A stretch of 64,000 bases of DNA from NCBI GenBank assembly GCA_965223845.1, contig CBDCXR010000004.1, positions 3,680,001 to 3,744,000 on the forward strand, in the 5' to 3' direction. This stretch comes from Planctomycetota bacterium. GTDB taxonomy: Bacteria > Planctomycetota > UBA8108 > SXIK01. Under the pieces are notes generated by a model. That model did no database searches. It was not told where the DNA came from and saw only the letters and a program-made list of their open reading frames with translations. The translations under genes were made by a program, and so were the position numbers. Shown here piece after piece: positions 46,337-55,560 of this stretch. Each line of letters opens with the position of its first letter. Position 1 is the first letter of the stretch.

Positions 46337-49300
46337 TTCGCTCAGGGAGAATCCTGTGCGTTCTGGTCGCGGCGTTCGCGGCTCCGCTCTCCGTCCGAGC
46401 AGATCAGGAGGCGGGCGCGAGTGACGACGCGTCCGCACCACGCCTCGTCCGCGAGATCTACGTCCCGCACGAAGTCTTCCGAGCGCTCGCGCGCGATCGC
46501 AAGGACGGCGTTCTCATGCCGCTCGACGAGTACCGTGCACTCGTGGCTGCCGCGACGGCAGCCCGGCCGGGCGACGAGCCCGAGCTTCCTCCGCTCGCGA
46601 CGGCCGTTCTCTCGGCCGATACTCAAGGCATCGTCACCGGGCGCACCGTGCGCCTCCGTACTCGGCTGAGCGTACGTGTTCTCCACCCGGGCTGGGTCTG
46701 GTGCGACCTCGGAATTCCCAATACGCCGATCGGAAGCGTCGTCGTCGACGGCGAACCCGGATGGCTCGTCTACGAGCGGCCGAGCGAGAAAGCGGCGAAG
46801 CGGCAAGCGACTTCGCGCAGCGGCCCGTTTCTCCTTCTCCGCGGCGTCGGCGAGCACCTCGTCGAGCTGACGCATTCACTCCCCACCGTCGAGTCCGACG
46901 CCGGTTCTCGCGTCGACGGAGAGCTCGTGCGCGCCGCGAGTGGACGCATCGAGCTAGAGATCCCGGGTCGCGCCGCGGTGACGTCCCCCACCGGTCCACT
47001 CTCCGCGGAAACGACGGGAGATTCGACCCGCGTCGTCCTCGGCGTCGGCACGTCGAGCGCGTTCACGCTTCAGTGGGAAGTGCGCCAATCGGCTAGCGAG
47101 CTCGGTAGTCTCGCCGCCGCGGAGCATCGCGTCGCCGCGTTCCCGCATCGCGGACAGCTCCGCATCCACTGGAACTCGAGGGTGACCGTTCACCGGCGTC
47201 CGCTCGACACCCTCGTCTTTCGAAACCCGGGAGCGGCGTCGATCTTCCGCGTGACGGGAAGCCTCGTCGACTCGTGGGAGCCTCTCGACACCGGCGCGCG
47301 CGTCTTTCTCAAGGAACCGGTCCTCGGCGACGTAAGGATCGCATTCGACGCTCTCGCCGACGCTCCAGGGGGGAGCGCCGAGGTGCGACCGCCGCAGCTC
47401 GAGGAGGCGTACGCGAATCACGGAGTGATCGGCGTACTCGCGTCCGCGCGCGACGCGCTCAGCATCGACACGACGGATCTCGTCGAGCTCGCCGTCGACG
47501 ATTTCGAGCTCAACTCGACCACGCTCGCAGCGATCAGCGGTACGTCTCCGCCCGCGCTCGAGCGCGTCTTCGCGTTCGGTTCGCCCGACGCTTCGCTTCG
47601 TGCGACCGCGAACGTCGCGCCGGCGATCGTCTCGGCGCACTCGTCCTTCGTCGCGCAGATCGCAATCGGATCGGTGCGGATCGACGGCCGAACGCGAATT
47701 CTCGTCCGCGAAGGGAAGCTCTACGAGATTCGCCTCTCGCTCGCCGAACCTTGGGTCGTTCGGCGCATCGCGCGTCGCGCGTCCGGCGGCGCCGCGAGCA
47801 CCGCTCTACCCCACGAAACGACGGGAGCCGGCGCCGAGCGAGGCGTCACGATCGAGCTCGCCTCCGGCCTCGGCCGCGGCGAGTGGATCGACCTCGAGAT
47901 TCAGATCGAGCACGCGGGCTTCGCCTCCGACGAACCCTTCGAGCGTCGGGAGGTCGAATTCGCCCTCCCTTCGCCGCGCGGTCTCGCGCATCAGCGAACC
48001 GACTTCGCGCTCCTTCTCCCCGGCTCGATGGATACCGAGACGACGGCGCTCCCGGGCTGGCGAGCACTCACGAGCGACGAGCTCGACGAGCTCGGATTTA
48101 GCGCGCGCGGTTTAGGAGAGAAGCTCGCCGCGCGCACTCTCGCTCTCGCGGTCTCGACCGACTCGCCGGATCCACGCGCCACCATCGCGATCCGGCAGCG
48201 CAGCAGCCGCGGCGAGTACCAAGTCGTCACGCACGTTCTCGCGCTCGAGCGGACGCTTCGCGTGCGCGCTGACCTCCGTGTCGTCGTCGTCGACCGCGCG
48301 ATCGAGGAGCTCGGGCTCGTCCTTCCGAACGGCGGCGGGGCGAACCCCGTCATCCTCGCGAACGATATTCGTGAGATCACTCCCGCCGATGCCGACGGCG
48401 TTCGCTCCGTTCGCTTTCGCCGACCGTGGCTCGGCACGCGACACCTCCGCGTCGAATACGAGACGGAGTCGACCTCGGGCTCCGCGGTACCGATCCCCGT
48501 CGTCGCACTCCGCGAGGACTTCGGCCGCCAGGGCTTTCTCGTCCTTCAGAGTCACGGCGCAGTCGAGGTGCAACCGTCGCCCGGCAGCGGACTCGAGTCG
48601 ATCTCGTTCGAGGACATTCCGGAATTCAGCGCGGCATGGAAGGTCGGACGTCTCCTCCGCGCGTTTCGCCTTCGGCCGCAGGGCGACCCGGGCACGTTCG
48701 CGACGATCGTCCACCCTCAGGCGCCCGTTCTCTCGCGGATCGCGTCGACGCTCAAGCTGAGCACGGTGATCGGTCGAGACGGGGTTTCGCGAACAATCGC
48801 TGAGATCCTCCTCGGCTCTCCCGGGACGCAGTATCTCGATATCGAGCTCCCGCCGGGCAGCCGCGCACTCTCGGTCGAGGTCGACGGCCGTCCGGTCCGG
48901 TCGGTCCGCCAGCCCGACGCGACCGCGTCGGAGTCGATCGTTTCGATCCCGCTCCCGTCGCGCAGCCACTCGGCGATCAAGCTCGTCTACGAGCGACTCG
49001 CACCGGCGGTCGACGCGAGCTCGGTCGCCCGCTGGGGACACCGAGCGTGGGAGGAGCTCGGGCCTCGCCTCGTCGACACGCCCGTCGGACGAACCGAATG
49101 GCGTCTCTTCGTGCCGCCGGACTTCCGCTTCGCGATCGGTGACACGAACTTGCTCGCGAAGGCCGACCGACACGCGCGCGGCGTGCCGGGGAGTTTCTGG
49201 GACAGCTTCGTCCTTCCGCTCGCGATGGGCCGGCGCGTCGTCTGGCCTCTCGGATCGCTCCCGACCGATCGCCGGCGGTTCGACGATGCGGGCGAGGTCG

Positions 49301-52300
49301 CGCTCGCAGCAGTCCGCGCACTCAACGACTCGAGCGAGCGGCAGACCGCCGTCCTCGACGTCCGGAGCGGAGGCTACGTGATCGAAGCGGAAAAGCTCGG
49401 CGGGGAACCGCGCATCGCGCTCGAGTTCTGGAGTCGACGCTGGGAAAACGCGGTCCGTCGCGCGGTCACGCTCTTCACGATCGCGATCGGACTCGTTCTT
49501 CTGCGACGCGTTCGCGGATCCGGGCGCCGATTCGTCTTCCTCGGCGCGGCGCTGGTCGTCGCGACGGCTCTCCCCGTCGCTCTCCGCTGGTCCTCTCCCC
49601 TTCTCGCATTGCCGATCGCCGAGGGGATCGCGCTTCTCCTCGCGCTCGCGCTCGCAGTCCTCGCACTCGACGTCGCCCGGAACCTGGTCGTCGGGTTCGC
49701 ACGGCGTTTGCGCGGATCGGGTGCGTCGCTGAGCTCGCTGTTCGTCCTCACCGCGCTCGGGTTTTCGGCCGGCACGCCGGCGACTGCGCAGGACGGGGTC
49801 CAGCCGGCGCCGTGGGACGGCGTCCTCATTCCGTACTCGGGCGACGCGATCCCGGGCGAGTCCGCGCTGAACGCGTTCGTTCCGGAAGAACGATTCCGCG
49901 AGCTCTGGCGCATGGCTCACCCCGAAGAGGCGCTCCGCCCGGACGATCCGAACGCGACGCCCGTCCCCTTCGTTGCCGGAGGCGTGCAGTACGATCTCAC
50001 GGTCGCGGATCGACGCGTTCGCATCGTCGGTCGATCGTCACTTCTCGTCCTCACGGACGAATGGGTATCGATTCCCCTCGCCCTCTCCGGACTTCAGATC
50101 GAGCGAGTGGCCGTCGACGGCGATCCGACGGGTGTGATCTGGAGCTCGGGTTCTCCCCGCCTGCTCGTCCGCGGCCGCGGAAAACACAGCCTCGAGCTCG
50201 AGCTCACTGGCTCCGTCGAGCAGCAGCTCGGCTCGTTCCGCCTTCGCTGCGGCGTAGCGGCGCTTCCGGTCGCGCTCCTCACCGCGCATCTCCCACCCGG
50301 CGCGTCGGTCCGTACGGGGGGCATCTCTCACCAAGGAATCGTCGACTCGCTCGAGACCGAGACTCGCCTCGAGCTCGATCTCGGACGCAACGGCCGCGTC
50401 GACCTCGATTGGTGGTTTCCCGGACAAAAATCCGCTGCGGGCTCCCGCATCGAGTCCGCCTCCTATTCGCGCCTCACTCTCGGCGTCGCCGGGATCGATG
50501 TTCACCGGCACGAAACCGTTTCGGTCACCGGCCAGGGGGTGACCGAGCTCGAGTACGAGATCCACGGCGACTGGCGGATCACCGATCTCACCGCGGACGG
50601 TCTCTCCGAGTGGAGCGTCGACGCCGGCGAAGGCGCTGAGCCCCGCCGCCTGCGTCTTTACTTCGCGACGCCGCTCGAAGCGATTCGATTCACCGTCGAG
50701 GGGCACGCGACAGCGGAGGCATCGACGACGCTCCCGACCCTCGAGCTCCGCGATGCGACTCGGCAGGAGATCTACGTCGGGCTCACTCACTCATCACGCA
50801 GTCGGTTCCTCCCCGAAAGCCTGAGCGAGCTGGAGCAAATCTCGGCCAACGAACCCGGTCGCGTGTTCGGAGTCGAGGAGGCATCGCTTCCGGTGCGCGC
50901 GTACCACGGATACGGAAGCGGTGCGGGCGCGACGCTCGCGATCGGCGCCGCTTCGACCGAACTCGCCGTCTCGAGCCAAGGCATCGCGATCGTCCACTCC
51001 GATCGGCTGACCGCCTTTGTACGCGCACGCTACTCGACAGCCCGCCCCGGTCCGCTCCGCTACGAGGTCGACGTCCCGGCGGGTTGGTGGATTCGGTCCG
51101 CGCGCTCACCCGCGCTTCGCCGCTGGGAAGTCCGTCCCGCGGCCGACGGCGTGCAGCGTCTCACCGTTCACTTCACTCGGCGCGCGGTCGCCGGTACCGA
51201 GGTGACCTGGGTCGCCGAGCAGCGCTTCGCCTCGCTCGACGCCGCCGCGCCGCTCCCCGATCTGCGGACCTCGATCACCGGCACGACTCCGGCGGGGACG
51301 AAGGACGTCGTCGAGTGGACGTTCGCTGCCGACGACGCGTGGCAGCTCTCCGCGACGGGAACGGACGAGTGGGAATCGACCCGCGTCGACGGTTCGGCGC
51401 CGTGGATCGAGCTGCCCTCCGCGGTCTCGTATCGGTTCGGCTATCGAACGCGGCGCGCCGTGCCGCCGCCCACGCTCGGAGCCGTGCGGCGCGCGAGCCG
51501 CCTGAGCGCGACGAGCGTCAGCTTCGTCCGCATCGCCGAGGACTACATCTACGTGAACGCTCGGCTCGTGCTTCGCGTTCGGTTCGCCCCGCGTGAGATG
51601 TTCCACCTCCGGCTACCGGTCGGCGCGGAGCTCGTCAGTCTCGACGTCCGCAATCAGCGCTCGCGAGCGATCGCGGACCGCGATGTCCGCTTCTCGATTC
51701 AGTCGACGAGCGCGGGCGAGCACACCGTCGATCTGACGCTTCGCATCGCGCGAACCGGAGTGCAGTATCCGTCGATCGCACCGATCGAGATCCTCGACGG
51801 TGATACCGTGCTCGAGGCCGTCGACGCGTTCGTCGGCGTCGTCCAAACCGCGAGCTCGCTCGTCGGCGACCGCAGCGCGGTCGGGCTTTCACCCGTCGAC
51901 GCCGAGGCGTTTCCGTTCGTTCCGCAGGGCGTCTCGCCGCAAAGTCTCCGCCCGGCGTACCGCGCTACGGGAGTCAATTGGAATCTCGTCCTCCAGGAAC
52001 AGGAGATCGAGCAGTCGGAGGGTCTGGCCGCAATCGTCAAGCTCGCGGAAGTGCACACTGCCATCGGTACCGACGGGATTCGCCGATCGGAGGCGACGTA
52101 CGTGCTCAGCAATCGGCGGCTGCAGTTTCTCGTGGTCGATCTCCCCCCGGAGGCGACGCTGTGGGGAGTGACGCTCGATGGCTCGCCAGTGTCGGTCGGG
52201 CAAAGCGCTTCGAGCACGACGCCCGGCTTAACGATCGAGATCCCACTCGAGTACGTGGGCAGTGCCGACCTCGACCTAGAAATCGGTGTCCGCTACGAGG

Positions 52301-53244
52301 AGCCCCAGCTCACTCTCGGGGAGCTGCCCCACAGCTCACTCTCGCTCGATGCCCCGAGCGTCCGCAACGTGCAGGTGAACGAGACTCTCTGGAAGATCCA
52401 CTTCCCGGAAGGCACGGAGGTCTGGCAGACGGGTGGCAACGTGCGCCAGGTGAACGAGAGCGTCCAGTACGCAAAGAAAGTCGAGAACCTGCTCGACCAG
52501 CAGTCGAAGATCCTCAAAGTCGCGCGCGAGTCTCGTTCCCGCAAGCTGCGGTCACAAGCGCGGCGCGAACTCGCTCGCCTCGATCAAGAGCTGGGCGACA
52601 ACATCGCCGAGCTGCAAACTTCGTTCGAAAATGAAGCCGGCGCACCCGTGGTCGACGAACGCGAGTTTCAGCAGCAGCGCGTCGACCAAAGCCGACTGAT
52701 CCGCAAGGCTCAAGCGGCACAGCTCGAAGCGCGCGCGACCCAAGACGGCGCGGCAGACGAGGACGAGAGCGCGGTCGAGCAGTCGTTCCGTGACGTTTCG
52801 AACTTTCTCCAGCGCGGAAACTGGCGCGGAGGAAAGATGAACGAAGCGGCCCGCGCCGCGGTGCCGCAATCGACGCGCCAAGTCGACCCCGCGAGAGGTG
52901 CGGGCGCGGACGGGGAGGTGTACCGCGGCGTTCACGGCTACGGTTTCTCCTCACTCGATGGACCGGAAGCGACGGTGAACGAGTCTGTCCTCGGGCTCGC
53001 CGGCGGTCTTCCGCAGCTCGACGCATCCGCCCACCTCGGCTCCGTGCCCGGACTCGAGGCGCGACCCGCTCGCGGCCGGGAAACGACCCTTACCTTCCAT
53101 CGCGTGGGCGGGGACGCGACGGTCGAGCTCGCGCAGCGGCGACCGGGAACTCGAGCACAGCTCGCCGCGGTCGCGGTGCTCGTCGTGCTCCTCGCGGGCG
53201 CGGTCACCCGCGCCGTCCTCGTCCGGCGCGCGCGGCGTTCGTGA
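46333..53244 (+). CDS. Giant (2303 aa) exported membrane protein of unknown function (module copies 2 and 3)
   Basis: Signal peptide VRA-DQ, central TM cluster, C-terminal TM; tandem duplication of the module in the upstream gene; GTGA overlap with it. Confidence 0.85.
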   Translation: MIRSGRILCVLVAAFAAPLSVRADQEAGASDDASAPRLVREIYVPHEVFRALARDRKDGVLMPLDEYRALVAAATAARPGDEPELPPLATAVLSADTQGIVTGRTVRLRTRLSVRVLHPGWVWCDLGIPNTPIGSVVVDGEPGWLVYERPSEKAAKRQATSRSGPFLLLRGVGEHLVELTHSLPTVESDAGSRVDGELVRAASGRIELEIPGRAAVTSPTGPLSAETTGDSTRVVLGVGTSSAFTLQWEVRQSASELGSLAAAEHRVAAFPHRGQLRIHWNSRVTVHRRPLDTLVFRNPGAASIFRVTGSLVDSWEPLDTGARVFLKEPVLGDVRIAFDALADAPGGSAEVRPPQLEEAYANHGVIGVLASARDALSIDTTDLVELAVDDFELNSTTLAAISGTSPPALERVFAFGSPDASLRATANVAPAIVSAHSSFVAQIAIGSVRIDGRTRILVREGKLYEIRLSLAEPWVVRRIARRASGGAASTALPHETTGAGAERGVTIELASGLGRGEWIDLEIQIEHAGFASDEPFERREVEFALPSPRGLAHQRTDFALLLPGSMDTETTALPGWRALTSDELDELGFSARGLGEKLAARTLALAVSTDSPDPRATIAIRQRSSRGEYQVVTHVLALERTLRVRADLRVVVVDRAIEELGLVLPNGGGANPVILANDIREITPADADGVRSVRFRRPWLGTRHLRVEYETESTSGSAVPIPVVALREDFGRQGFLVLQSHGAVEVQPSPGSGLESISFEDIPEFSAAWKVGRLLRAFRLRPQGDPGTFATIVHPQAPVLSRIASTLKLSTVIGRDGVSRTIAEILLGSPGTQYLDIELPPGSRALSVEVDGRPVRSVRQPDATASESIVSIPLPSRSHSAIKLVYERLAPAVDASSVARWGHRAWEELGPRLVDTPVGRTEWRLFVPPDFRFAIGDTNLLAKADRHARGVPGSFWDSFVLPLAMGRRVVWPLGSLPTDRRRFDDAGEVALAAVRALNDSSERQTAVLDVRSGGYVIEAEKLGGEPRIALEFWSRRWENAVRRAVTLFTIAIGLVLLRRVRGSGRRFVFLGAALVVATALPVALRWSSPLLALPIAEGIALLLALALAVLALDVARNLVVGFARRLRGSGASLSSLFVLTALGFSAGTPATAQDGVQPAPWDGVLIPYSGDAIPGESALNAFVPEERFRELWRMAHPEEALRPDDPNATPVPFVAGGVQYDLTVADRRVRIVGRSSLLVLTDEWVSIPLALSGLQIERVAVDGDPTGVIWSSGSPRLLVRGRGKHSLELELTGSVEQQLGSFRLRCGVAALPVALLTAHLPPGASVRTGGISHQGIVDSLETETRLELDLGRNGRVDLDWWFPGQKSAAGSRIESASYSRLTLGVAGIDVHRHETVSVTGQGVTELEYEIHGDWRITDLTADGLSEWSVDAGEGAEPRRLRLYFATPLEAIRFTVEGHATAEASTTLPTLELRDATRQEIYVGLTHSSRSRFLPESLSELEQISANEPGRVFGVEEASLPVRAYHGYGSGAGATLAIGAASTELAVSSQGIAIVHSDRLTAFVRARYSTARPGPLRYEVDVPAGWWIRSARSPALRRWEVRPAADGVQRLTVHFTRRAVAGTEVTWVAEQRFASLDAAAPLPDLRTSITGTTPAGTKDVVEWTFAADDAWQLSATGTDEWESTRVDGSAPWIELPSAVSYRFGYRTRRAVPPPTLGAVRRASRLSATSVSFVRIAEDYIYVNARLVLRVRFAPREMFHLRLPVGAELVSLDVRNQRSRAIADRDVRFSIQSTSAGEHTVDLTLRIARTGVQYPSIAPIEILDGDTVLEAVDAFVGVVQTASSLVGDRSAVGLSPVDAEAFPFVPQGVSPQSLRPAYRATGVNWNLVLQEQEIEQSEGLAAIVKLAEVHTAIGTDGIRRSEATYVLSNRRLQFLVVDLPPEATLWGVTLDGSPVSVGQSASSTTPGLTIEIPLEYVGSADLDLEIGVRYEEPQLTLGELPHSSLSLDAPSVRNVQVNETLWKIHFPEGTEVWQTGGNVRQVNESVQYAKKVENLLDQQSKILKVARESRSRKLRSQARRELARLDQELGDNIAELQTSFENEAGAPVVDEREFQQQRVDQSRLIRKAQAAQLEARATQDGAADEDESAVEQSFRDVSNFLQRGNWRGGKMNEAARAAVPQSTRQVDPARGAGADGEVYRGVHGYGFSSLDGPEATVNESVLGLAGGLPQLDASAHLGSVPGLEARPARGRETTLTFHRVGGDATVELAQRRPGTRAQLAAVAVLVVLLAGAVTRAVLVRRARRS

Positions 53245-53346
53245 GTCGAGATTGGATCGCCCGCTACACCGGGGAGTTTTCTCGCCCGTGCAGGAGGGGC
53301 AGAGTGCCCTAACGTCACCGGCGATGTCCGTGGTACCATGCCCCGC

Positions 53347-53766
53347 ATGGATCCATTTCCCATCGGTAAGAAGAACCTCTTCGTCGTCGGCGACCGGGTG
53401 CTCGTCGAGCCCGACACGGGAGAAAACACGACCGATGCCGGCCTCATCCTTCCGGCGAACGCCGTAGCGAAGGAAGCCGTGCAATCCGGAATCGTGCGCG
53501 CGGTCGGTCCCGGGACGCCCCTTCCTCCTCCGAACGGCGATCTCGAAGAAGAGTGGCAGGAGCCGCGCGAGCTCCCCCGCCACCTGCCCATGCAAGTCGC
53601 TGCCGGCGACTACGTCACGTTCTTTCGCAAGGCGGCGATCGAGGTCACACTCGAGCGAACGAACTACCTCGTCGTCCCGCAGCACGCGATCGTCGTCCTC
53701 CTCCGCGATCCCGAGGAGCCGGCCGTCCCCGACCAGCTCCCCGAAGAGCTGGGGGAGCTCGAGTGA
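53347..53766 (+). CDS. groES: Co-chaperonin GroES family protein (orphan)
   Basis: GDRVLVEP, TTDAGLILP mobile loop, GIVRAVGPG, VAAGDYVTF. Confidence 0.8.
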   Translation: MDPFPIGKKNLFVVGDRVLVEPDTGENTTDAGLILPANAVAKEAVQSGIVRAVGPGTPLPPPNGDLEEEWQEPRELPRHLPMQVAAGDYVTFFRKAAIEVTLERTNYLVVPQHAIVVLLRDPEEPAVPDQLPEELGELE

Positions 53767-53841
53767 ACGCTCGCTGATCGTCGAAGGGCGCGCCGCGTGC
53801 CGCGCCGGTTCGAATCCTCTCGACAGACCGGCGACTCGGTC

Positions 53842-54834
53842 ATGACATCGATTCACTCCGACGCGCTGCGCGTCGCGCACGAACGCATTCAGCCTTACAT
53901 CCATCGCACGCCGGTTCTCCGCTGCGCGAGCCTCGATCGGATCACCGGCGCCGAGCTCTTCTTCAAGTGCGAAAACTTCCAGCGCGTCGGCGCGTTCAAA
54001 TTCCGCGGCGCGACGAACGCCGTGTTTTCCCTCAGCGAAAGCGAGGCGAGCCGAGGTGTGGTCACCCACTCGTCCGGAAACCACGGCGCGGCGCTCGCGC
54101 GTGCAGCGAGGAACCGCGGGATCCCGGCGACGGTCGTCATGCCGGAGACCGCCCCGGACGTGAAGCGCGCCGCGGTCGAGGGATACGGCGCGAACGTTCG
54201 ACCGTGCGCGCCGACTCTCGCGGCGCGCGAGCAGACGACCGCTCAGATCATCGGAGAGACGGGAGCGACGCTGATCCATCCGTTCAACGACGAGCGGATC
54301 ATCTCGGGCCAGGGAACGGCGGCGCTCGAGCTGCTCGATGAAGTGCCCGACCTCGAGGCAATCCTCGCCCCGATCGGAGGCGGCGGCCTCTTGAGCGGCA
54401 CCTGCATCGCAGCCAAGGATCGTCCGAAGCCGGTCACCGTGATCGGCTGCGAGCCAGCAGCGGTCGATGATGCCTTCCGCTCGCTCGCGAGTGGCAAGAT
54501 CGAAGTCGTCGGCGATGGGTACACGATCGCCGACGGGCTCCGCACGAATCTCGGCGAGATCACGTTCGCCGTTCTGCGTGAGCATGTCGACGAAATCGCG
54601 CTCGCGAGCGAAGAAGCGATCATCGAGGCGACGTGGCTCCTCATCGAGCGCGCGAAGATCGTCGTCGAACCGTCGGCCGCCGTCCCGCTCGCGGCGCTTC
54701 TTCGCGGCACCATCGACTGGAATTGGCGCGGGCGAAAGATCGGTGTGATCCTCTCGGGAGGAAACGTCGACTTTCGCAGCTTGGTCGCCGCGACTCCGGC
54801 GCGCGACGAATCGAGCTCCGCCTCCGCCCCATGA
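53842..54834 (+). CDS. PLP-dependent serine/threonine dehydratase (serine racemase-like, no ACT domain)
   Basis: FKCENFQRVGAFKFRGA, SSGNHG, PIGGGGLLSG, ILSGGNVD. Confidence 0.9.
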   Translation: MTSIHSDALRVAHERIQPYIHRTPVLRCASLDRITGAELFFKCENFQRVGAFKFRGATNAVFSLSESEASRGVVTHSSGNHGAALARAARNRGIPATVVMPETAPDVKRAAVEGYGANVRPCAPTLAAREQTTAQIIGETGATLIHPFNDERIISGQGTAALELLDEVPDLEAILAPIGGGGLLSGTCIAAKDRPKPVTVIGCEPAAVDDAFRSLASGKIEVVGDGYTIADGLRTNLGEITFAVLREHVDEIALASEEAIIEATWLLIERAKIVVEPSAAVPLAALLRGTIDWNWRGRKIGVILSGGNVDFRSLVAATPARDESSSASAP

Positions 54835-55343
54835 CATACGTAGCGATCGCGTCACTTCTCATCGTCAACACGCTCGCGCTCGCCCTCGTCCCGATCGGGC
54901 TGCCGGGTACGTGGCTGATGGTCGGAGCCACCGCGGCGGTCGCGTGGCTCCGTTCGGACGACGAAATCGTGGGCACGTCCGTCCTCATCACGATCGCCGG
55001 CATCGCGGCGGCGGCCGAGGTCGTCGAGTTTCTCTCGGCGATGGCCGGGGCGAAGAAGGCGGGGGGATCGCGCTGGGGCTCCGTCGGCGCGATCGTCGGC
55101 GCGATCGCCGGGGGCTTACTCGGGACCGTGTGGATCCCCGTTCCGATCGTCGGATCGATCCTCGGCGTCTGCATCGGCGCGTTCGCCGGCGCGAGCGCGC
55201 TCGAGTTCGTCTCCGGTCGACCGCTCGCGGGAAGTCTCGAGACGGGACGAGGCGCGGCGGTCGGGCGGCTCGTCGGCGTCGTGATCAAACTCTTCGCCGG
55301 ACTTGCGATCTGGTCGATCGTGGCCGTCGCGGCGTTCGTGTGA
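54831..55343 (+). CDS. DUF456 family membrane protein
   Basis: LPGTWLMV, GAKKAGGSRWGSVGAIVG, PIVGSILG. Confidence 0.85.
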   Translation: MTYVAIASLLIVNTLALALVPIGLPGTWLMVGATAAVAWLRSDDEIVGTSVLITIAGIAAAAEVVEFLSAMAGAKKAGGSRWGSVGAIVGAIAGGLLGTVWIPVPIVGSILGVCIGAFAGASALEFVSGRPLAGSLETGRGAAVGRLVGVVIKLFAGLAIWSIVAVAAFV

Positions 55344-55560
55344 AGCAAACCGAAATCGACAACGACCCACGGCGGATCGCTGCCGAGCCTCGGCGGGGCG
55401 AGTCTTTCGATCTCCGCCGACGAGCTCAGGCAGACGCTTGAGACGTTGGCTTCCGAGGGAAGAGTCTTCCGTCGATCAGGTCTAGTCGACGCGACGCGAG
55501 GAGACTCAGCGGGCGGGCACGCATCCGAGACGTCCTCGCGAGAGCTGTAGCGATTCTCGG

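Noticed and set aside
53295-53315. Possible CIRCE element before groES
   Set aside because: Only a partial GAGTGC half-site; no TTAGCACTC-N9 partner
53800-53825. GGTTCGAATCC tRNA T-loop-like motif
   Set aside because: Flanks do not form a T-stem or cloverleaf, and there is no acceptor stem or CCA
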